Below the pieces are notes generated by a model that made no database searches, was not told the origin of the DNA, and saw only the letters and a list, made by a program, of their open reading frames with translations. Positions 46,184 to 54,100 of a stretch of DNA of 64,000 nt are shown piece by piece; within the stretch, counting starts at the first letter, position 1, and each line of letters starts with the position of its first letter. The stretch lies in assembly GCA_944368795.1 (NCBI GenBank), contig CALVXE010000001.1:2465-66464 (forward strand), written 5' to 3'. The position numbers and the translations under genes were made by a program. Origin of the DNA: an uncultured Clostridia bacterium. GTDB taxonomy: Bacteria > Bacillota > Clostridia > Christensenellales > Borkfalkiaceae.

Positions 46184-49123
46184 TTACTGCGCCGCAGTAC
46201 CGTTGTAGATTTCCTGAATTTCGGAAGCTACATTCGTACCCGTTGCGCTCTGCACTTCGATCTTGCTGTTGAACCCGAGCACGCCCGCAACAAATTCATC
46301 CGCCGCAGTTGCCCCGGAAGCATCCCACTCGAGCACCTTTTCTCCGTCGATCGTTACGAAAACAATATTGCCGAGTTTGCCGAATCCCAGACTGACGAAA
46401 CCCTGCGTGCAGTCTTGTTGGGTAGCAAACGCTCCTGCCGTGTTGCTCCACGCCCAATCGGTCATTCCCTTTCCGTCGGAAGTCAGCCCGCGGTAAACGA
46501 TGTTCACGTTCCCCTGCGAAAGAAATGCCGGCTCTAAATCGAGATATGCAAACAGCGTCATCTCATCGTTGCGCAAAATCAGGCCGACTTTCGGGTATGG
46601 ATCCGAATTATACGTTTCGGTCGATTTAATGTCGAGTTCAAGATAGATATCGCTCGAATACTGAAGCTTATTGTAATATGTTACGGCTTCTTGATCGCCG
46701 GTGTTCGTCGCGGTGCCTTCCCCGTATGTCCAGCCGGCGGTCGGCATATAATACGAAGCATTGTAGCCGAAGGTATCTCCGTTATTCGTCGTGTACCCCA
46801 AAGCATCTTTGATGATCTTCATCCAAAGCGGATAACCGTAATCTTCATTCAGATGCAGTCCGTCAATCTTGAATACGTTCGGCCGAGCAAGCGGAATATC
46901 ATTGTCATCATACGACGAAGTGAACGCCGTAGTCGCGTCGATATAATTCAAATAATCCGTACTCTCCGCCAGCGTCTTCACCTGACTGTTCAGATCAACA
47001 TATTTTGCGGTATTGTTTGGATGCAGCGTATTCGGGATCAGCGATACCCAGTAAATCTGTGCATCGAGGAATGAAGCATGATACAAATTGAACAGCTTCT
47101 GCAGATCCGCATACACGGCATCGGCGGAACGCCCCGCTCCGTTAATATCGTTTACGCCGATATGGAATACGATCTTTTCCGGATCGTACTGTTTTTCGAG
47201 AATACCGACGCGCGAAGTATCCGTCCAATACGGTACCTGCGTGCCGCCTACGCCCACATTCGCCTTCGCCGCGATATCAGCCGTCAATTCGTCGTACACG
47301 CCGTACCTGATCAAAAATTCCATATAGCTGTCGCCCGCGAACAGGACGTCGATTTCCTGTGCCGCCATGGGCGGATTGTGTTCTTTAAATATATTCGACT
47401 CGGGATCGTCAGACATCGTATAATCGGTTACGGTCAGCTGATATGCGAAGGATTTGAAGCCGATCTGCAAATCGCCCGCAGGCGTATACGTGGTCTGGTA
47501 TACCAAATCATCGCCGCAATACATGGATACGACGTTATCGCAATACGTCATTGCCAATGTAACGGTATATGTGCTCGTATCGAAGGAACCGGTCGTTCCG
47601 GGAATCGAATTCCACGCGCCCCAATTGCCTGTTCCGATATTGTAGCCGAGCGAAGTTCCGCTGATGTTTTGTAAAAGCGCATCCTTGTCATCGCCGATAA
47701 ACGCATCTACATAGAAGAACACGCCTGTCTTCGAATCTCCGTCGAAGAGCATGATGCCGAACTTGCCCCATTTTTCATTGTTGAGGACGCCGTCTACGCG
47801 GAAGGCAGCTTCTGCATAGAGGGCATCGCCTTCGCCGCGGAAGAACACGATATTGTTGTCTGCCACGTCGTGTCCGGTAAGTTTCACCTCACGGTCCGCA
47901 TAATTTTCAGCATCTTCGGCCGCATAATCTTTCGAAAGATCCCAATACCTTCCCATACTGACCGCAGAGCCGTCGCCGAGCTGCCCGATGCCGTTCAGAT
48001 AATAATTCTCGCTCCATGTATTCGTATCGGAAAATACGGGATACGTTCCCGGTTCGTTAATTGATCCGTTTTCGATCGTCCCTTCCCTTGCGCCGAACGT
48101 ATTGTCCGTATTATAGAGCACGGGAAGAACGGTTACGCTGCCTTTTGCCGCAGCCATATCCGTAAATCCGATAGCGGAATAAGGCGCTACAATGGTCGCT
48201 TTATAGCCGTCTACTGTACCCTGTTCCTCGCCCCAAGGCACGAGCGAAGCCGTGATATCCGTCTGCCCCTCCGTATATGAGCTGTCCGTTCCGGTGTATC
48301 CCGTAACGATCCCTGTCGAGGCGATCTTGATTCCGTGATTGTTTGCGGAAAGCGTAGCCCCTTCAAAGCCGCCGTTCCCGAAATATGCGGCGACCGCGTC
48401 GCCGGCCTTGACGGTCTCATCCTTCACATACACTTCGACTTTCAAAGAGTTCTCTTCGAACGTAACGACCCAAGAAGATGCCGCCGAAGACCCTGCCAAT
48501 GCCTTCGCGTTGATTTCAAACGCCGTCTCCGCAGGGATACTTTCGACCGTTACATCGCTTTGAACAAACGTTGCCGCAACCTGCACATTGGCGCTCGGCA
48601 TAACGAACGTTGCAACGCCGCCCGTTACGGCGGTTTCCGTACCGTCCACCTTCAAAGAATCCAATTCATAGCCCCAGTCCGGCGTTACCGTCAAGGTTAC
48701 CGTTTCACCGGCGGCAGCCCGCTCTTTATCAGCCGACACTGTGCCGTTTTCTCCGCTATCGATGGTGATGTAATAGGAAACCGGAACGTCGGTCGATACG
48801 AAAGTACCGTCTACAACCACGTTTTCGTCAGGCATCGTAAATGTATACGTATTGCCTTCCGATAAATCCGCAAGGACCAAAGAACCGTTTATCGACAATT
48901 CGTCAAGCCGATAACCCGAATCGGGCGTTGCGGTAAGAGTGATCTCGTCCCCTTCTTTTGCTTCGGTCGCACTCGCTGTAATTTCGCCGTTTTCTGTCTC
49001 GTTGACGGTGATTGTGTAACGGGGCGAATCGTCTCCGCCGCCGCAGGCGGTGAAGGCGAACAATCCCATACACAGAGCAAACACGAATCCCAGCAAAAGG
49101 ATCGGTTTTAAAAACTTGTGCAT
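46184..49123 (-). CDS. Multidomain SGNH/GDSL esterase lipoprotein
   Basis: The likely start is ATG 49123 (GAGGAGG RBS, FTAC lipobox). Two Ig-like repeats (TLT.TPD.GY.LD.L), CBM9-like and ConA-like modules, and SGNH blocks GDS, GVGG, GVND and DGLH. Confidence 0.83.
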   Translation of the reverse strand: MHKFLKPILLLGFVFALCMGLFAFTACGGGDDSPRYTITVNETENGEITASATEAKEGDEITLTATPDSGYRLDELSINGSLVLADLSEGNTYTFTMPDENVVVDGTFVSTDVPVSYYITIDSGENGTVSADKERAAAGETVTLTVTPDWGYELDSLKVDGTETAVTGGVATFVMPSANVQVAATFVQSDVTVESIPAETAFEINAKALAGSSAASSWVVTFEENSLKVEVYVKDETVKAGDAVAAYFGNGGFEGATLSANNHGIKIASTGIVTGYTGTDSSYTEGQTDITASLVPWGEEQGTVDGYKATIVAPYSAIGFTDMAAAKGSVTVLPVLYNTDNTFGAREGTIENGSINEPGTYPVFSDTNTWSENYYLNGIGQLGDGSAVSMGRYWDLSKDYAAEDAENYADREVKLTGHDVADNNIVFFRGEGDALYAEAAFRVDGVLNNEKWGKFGIMLFDGDSKTGVFFYVDAFIGDDKDALLQNISGTSLGYNIGTGNWGAWNSIPGTTGSFDTSTYTVTLAMTYCDNVVSMYCGDDLVYQTTYTPAGDLQIGFKSFAYQLTVTDYTMSDDPESNIFKEHNPPMAAQEIDVLFAGDSYMEFLIRYGVYDELTADIAAKANVGVGGTQVPYWTDTSRVGILEKQYDPEKIVFHIGVNDINGAGRSADAVYADLQKLFNLYHASFLDAQIYWVSLIPNTLHPNNTAKYVDLNSQVKTLAESTDYLNYIDATTAFTSSYDDNDIPLARPNVFKIDGLHLNEDYGYPLWMKIIKDALGYTTNNGDTFGYNASYYMPTAGWTYGEGTATNTGDQEAVTYYNKLQYSSDIYLELDIKSTETYNSDPYPKVGLILRNDEMTLFAYLDLEPAFLSQGNVNIVYRGLTSDGKGMTDWAWSNTAGAFATQQDCTQGFVSLGFGKLGNIVFVTIDGEKVLEWDASGATAADEFVAGVLGFNSKIEVQSATGTNVASEIQEIYNGTAAQ

Positions 49124-49234
49124 TTTCTCCTCCTCAAATCGATTATTGATCAATGATATTTTGATCGGCAAACGTACGGATTTTCTACGCGAGCCGACAT
49201 ATCCGCAATATTGATTCCTCTGTTTTTCAGCAAT

Positions 49235-49286
49235 AGATTAACGTTAATTTCATTTATATATTATCACGAATTTTTCATCTTGTCAA
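49235..49286 (-). promoter_or_regulatory. SigA promoter (TTGACA-17-TAATAT, extended -10) with LacI-type operator
   Basis: -35 at 49281-49286, -10 at 49258-49263 and AGATTAACGTTAATTT at 49235-49250. Confidence 0.72.
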
Positions 49287-49570
49287 TACTTTTTTTATTT
49301 TTTATACGCACTTTATTGTATGCGCTTCCGCCGAAGAGAATATGAGTTTTCTTATTTAAGAGGACGATTCTCCTCTTCATTTGCGGCCGTTCCGTAGCCC
49401 GTTGCCGAATTTTTCTTGGCTGCTGAGGAATAACCGCGCCAATCACCGTAAAATCTGCCACGCGGTTGAATGTTTTTCACTTTCAACGAACAATGGTCTA
49501 TCGATAATTTAAATTATATAGGAAAAAACGGGCACGATCAATAGAATAACACAACGAAAAACTCTCTTTT

Positions 49571-50224
49571 TCAAACCTGCGCAGGATGGAAAAACTCTTC
49601 TTCCAGCATGGCGCACAGGCAGTGATAAACCGGTAAATGCAATTCCTGCACTTTGAATGTTTCCGTTTCCGGCACACGGATCACGGCATCTGCAAGCGAG
49701 GCGAGCCTGCTGTCTCTCATTCCGGTCAAGCCGATCACAGCCATCCCCTTCGCTTTCGCCGCCATAGCCGCGTAAACACAGTTTTTACTGTTCCCCGTCG
49801 TGGAAACCGCAAATAAAACGTCCCCTTCCTTTCCCAATCCGAAAACCTGCTGCGCAAAAGCGTATTCAAAACATCTGTCATTGGCAAATGCTGTAGAAAT
49901 TGCGACGGACGAGGCGAGCGATATTGCGGGCAGAGCTTCTTCCAGCCCTTCAAACAAACACATACCCTCTTTGCCGAACCGCTGAAATGCTTGCGCCTTA
50001 CCTTCTTAAAGCGGACGCCTGAACTTAAAACTCTTCATCAGTTCTCCGACGATGTGTTCGCAGTCCGCAGCGCTGCCGCCGTTCCCGCATAACAGCAATT
50101 TCCCGCCTTGGCGAAAGGAATGCGCGAGGAGCGCAAACGCATCCGCGACCGACTTTTCACATTCCCGCAAAGAGGGGTAACGCGCCGTCAATTCCCGTAA
50201 AACAGCCGATACATTTTCTTTCAT
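49571..50224 (-). pseudogene. SIS-domain sugar-phosphate isomerase (GmhA-like) interrupted by an in-frame TAA
   Basis: CGNGGSAAD.EH in the 5' ORF and STTGNS plus QELHL..YH in the 3' ORF. Both are in the same frame, separated by TAA at 50006-50008. Confidence 0.85.
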
Positions 50225-50272
50225 AGCGATGATCCTCCATACAAACTTCCAAAATATTCATTGCGCCGTGTT

Positions 50273-51061
50273 TTATTTTCGGATCAGCGGAGACGCGACA
50301 ATCGCCGCATAGTCCCCGATTTTTTCCTGCAATTGCGACGGTACGACCCTGCACGCGTCCACGGAACGGGCAATCGCTTCTTGCCGCAGCGTTTCCATCG
50401 TATAAGGATACAAAAAGCGGTAAGCCCGCAAAAAGATGCTTCCTCCGACGATGACTTCGGGGTTCAATATGTCGACTAAAATTGCCAACGTCCGCCCGAA
50501 ATTCCGTCCGCATTCTGCTAAAATCTGTTTGGCATCTTCCGCCCCGGTCTCCGCGCAGCGCACCACTTTTTTTGCGTCGACATTGCCGAGGGCCGCTTTA
50601 TTTTCGCAAAAACTCACGCTTTTCCCTTCCCGAAAAGCCTTTTCCTCATATCTGCGCGCTATTTGGCGAAGTCCTCCCCCGCTGCAAAAGCCTTCGCACG
50701 ATCCCTTTTTCCCGTAACCAACGGGGCCGCTCTTTTCCAAACGCACATGGCCGATCTCACCCGCCATGCCGTTCGTTCCGCAGTACAATTTGCCGCCGAG
50801 GATGAGTCCCGCCCCCAGTCCTGTACCGAACGTCAAAAAAATCATATTCTTTGCTCCGCGCCCCGCGCCGTAACGCCATTCGGCAACGGCTCCCGCGTCC
50901 GCATCGTTCATCAGCGCCGCTGCGACGCCTAACTTTTCCTGCAGATAATCGCATACGGGAACAGCGTCCCAGCCCGGCAGATTCGGAGGCGAACAAATGA
51001 TCCCTTTTTCGCAGTCCAAAGGGCCGCCGCAAGAAATCCCCGCCCTCGCCGTTATAACCAT
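50273..51061 (-). pseudogene. ROK family sugar kinase lacking its N-terminal ATP-binding motif
   Basis: GISCGGPLD, NDADA.A.AE, GTGLGAG and GEIGH are present. The N-terminal D.GGT segment is absent and a terminator lies directly upstream. Confidence 0.75.
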
Positions 51062-51080
51062 ATTTTAAAATTTGCAGCGC

Positions 51081-51116
51081 AAAAGAAGAAGGACGGAACA
51101 CCGCCCTTCTTCTTTT
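51081..51116. terminator. Intrinsic terminator downstream of the giant surface-protein gene
   Basis: AAAAGAAGAAGG-N12-CCTTCTTCTTTT. Confidence 0.7.
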
Positions 51117-51170
51117 AATACTTGTTCATCGCCTGCTTTCGGATCTCTTCAGTTTTCCGGATATGCAAAA

Positions 51171-54100
51171 TCACCTCGTCTTTCTGCGCCGCAAACCGAA
51201 TGCCGCCGCTCCAATGAGAACGACCGCAGCTCCACAGCAGCCTGCACCGACGGCAGAATTGCAGCCGCCCGATGCAGGTTCCTGTTCCGCAGGAATCGTT
51301 CGGGAGTTGAGCACCGCTCCGCAATGTTCGCATACCAATTCTTCTCTGCCGTCTGCACCGCCTTCCGGCTCGGCAACCACGACCCACTCACCGGAGCCAT
51401 GCCCGGTTGCTTCGACGATGCGCGATTCGTACTCTCCGCACTGTTGGCAATACCGCCGCTCTTCTCCCGATTCCGTACACGTAGGCGCTTTTACCTGTTC
51501 CCACTCTCCGAAAATATGTTCTCCGGTAGCAGGGATCGTCTGCATCACTCTTTCGTGGCAGAGCTCACATTCAAAATACCCCACCCCGTCCTGTCGGCAA
51601 GTCGCCTCGGTTACGATTGTCAATTCTCCGAAAGCATGCAAGTCTTCCGTAAGATCGGGGGATTTAGCTATCGTAAATACCTCGCCCGTATTGGGAGAAG
51701 TCAGCTGATAGATCTGCAAATCCAGACATGTTTCGGGCGTATTGACAGCGGAAGCCTTTGTAGAAGATATCCCGCAATCATAGACAAAGAACTGCGTTTG
51801 TACATCCGAAGGCAAATGCCCGTTTAAATACCACCAGTCGTCCGCCTCGCGCCCGCCGACGGCAACGCTTTCCCCTGTCGGTTTAAAGGCAAACCCCATA
51901 CGCACAAACTCCTCGTCCGAAACCGTTCCGAATGCCGAAACGGGGATGAATAATTCGATCGTCGTGGTCCACAGAGAACTCTCTGCGTCGTACGTTTGCG
52001 AAAGATAAGTGTTTTTCGCATACAGGCCGTTCCCCGCCGCAGCGCCCGCACAAGTGATGTAGTAACGGTTTTCACCGATATAGAACTCAAAGTTCGTATT
52101 GTTTGACCACGTAAGGTTGTCGTTCGGCCAAGGATTTGTCGCATGCGTGGCTACCAAACCTACATACACTCCGTTCCCGCGAATATACTGCGCGCAAACC
52201 GTGTAGCCGATCGATTCACTTTCGCCTGTTCCGTAAACCCGCAGGTCGTACTGCTGCGCAGCTTCGTCAAAATCGCTGAAATCGCCGTCCAGCAAGATAT
52301 TATTTACCGTACGCACGGAAGAATAATCGCAAATCCCGAACGAGTTTACAAAATATTGTTCGGCGATCATCGCAGGATGGCGGCGCGTGGGATACCACCA
52401 ATCATATCCTCCGGTCATGTTGTGATATTTTATGTTATCCCCGGGCGTTTTCCACGCAAAACCGATATTCAGTTCGCCAGACAGCGCATTGCTCGGCAGC
52501 TTTTCGATAGGAATAAATCCTTCGGCAACCGATACATAGTTGCTCTTTCCTTCCGTATTTTCTCTTGTAACGATCACGCCTTCTACATCTTCGTGCGCCA
52601 ATACCGGGTTTGCCGTGATCCAAAAGCGCAGGCTTTCGTTATTCACATAAAATTCTAAATTCGTATTGTTAAACCAATCGGAAGCGTCGTTTACGTACAG
52701 ATCATGTTCGGCGCGGGCCGCTACATACAACCCATTTTCGGTAAGCTGCGCGTAAAACGTTACGTTTTTATGGGATGTATCGTCCAGCCCCGTCATCGTA
52801 CGGCCCGTCGCAAGCACTGCGGCGTTCCAATCGCCGAGGTCGCCGTCGATTTCGGTATCCTGAAGAAGGACTACCTGTATCCGCGCGGCCGAAGTACCGT
52901 TCGGCTGGATCAGCGTCAATTCCGTTTCATAATTTTCACCCGAAACGGGGTACAGAGCGACATTCCTGCCGAGCGCCCGCGTAACTTCTATAATCGTAAA
53001 CCGCCCCTCTTCCGCAACGACCACATTCTCTCCGACTGCATCCGATACCGTCAACGCAATCCGATCGTCTCCGCGAACGGAAACATTCCATTTATTCGAC
53101 AGATAATCGTAACGACTGTGCGAAAGGTCGCTCGGCAAAGTAATTTCCGCCTGTGTTACGTCCGAAACTTCGGGCAATGAAATGATCGTCGCAGCGTTTT
53201 CGGTATATATTGTTATTTGCGGAGAAGAATACAGAGCAAGCACATGAACGGCGAGCGTACCTCCCGATACTGTATACACGGGCTCACTTCTTCCGAACAC
53301 TTCGATCGTATCGCCGTTTACATACGTCGTGTTTGTGCGAACAGAATCAACTTTTTGCACGTTTGACGCAAGCGCGACATAGGCATTCGATCCCCCTGCA
53401 AAAAGTTTCTCCTTCGCTTTGCTGATACCCGCTTCAATTTCCGCGGGGCTCTTTGCTGCAATGCCCGCAGTATCGGAACGCCCGTAAACTGCTTTAAACA
53501 GATAGTTCTGCGTCGCCGTCATGCCCTCTTCGTAGCCTTCCCAGCCCTGAAAGACGTAATCGTATGTCCCGTCTGAATAGTTTTCGGGCGATTCGGGCGC
53601 AACGATTTCCGAACCGGCTTTTACCGATTCGTCGTACACGACGCCTCCGCGGCCGTTCTCAAACGTAATGCGGTATTCTTCCTGCCAGTCAAGTTCGATG
53701 CCATATTGGTTGATGCCGCAAAAATATGCGTCCTTGACAATGGAATAGAAATTTACATCCACTTGGTTGCTTCCGTCATGGAACCCCAAAAGCCCTACAA
53801 GCGAGGCACAGCCGTTCGCACGCTCGACCATCGAGCCGTCGAAGAGCAAAGTTTCTACGGCATTGCCGTTCTCACCCTCAAACGATGCGTGCGCAACGCG
53901 GTGGGTATCCATATGTCCGCAAAGCACCATCACGATGTTTTGATGCTTGGAAATGACCTTTTCCCACAACTGGATCGCGGACATGCCGCCATCCGTTTTG
54001 AAGGATTCCGGAGCTCCCGGCTCTCCTGCTTCGAGGATGGTATCGTCTTTCGGATCGAGATAAGCATGATTGACGATGATCACCTTATAGTCCGAATGTG

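Noticed and set aside
49264-49461. 65-aa minus-strand ORF in the intergenic region
   Set aside because: It runs into the promoter of the next gene and has no RBS or recognisable homology.
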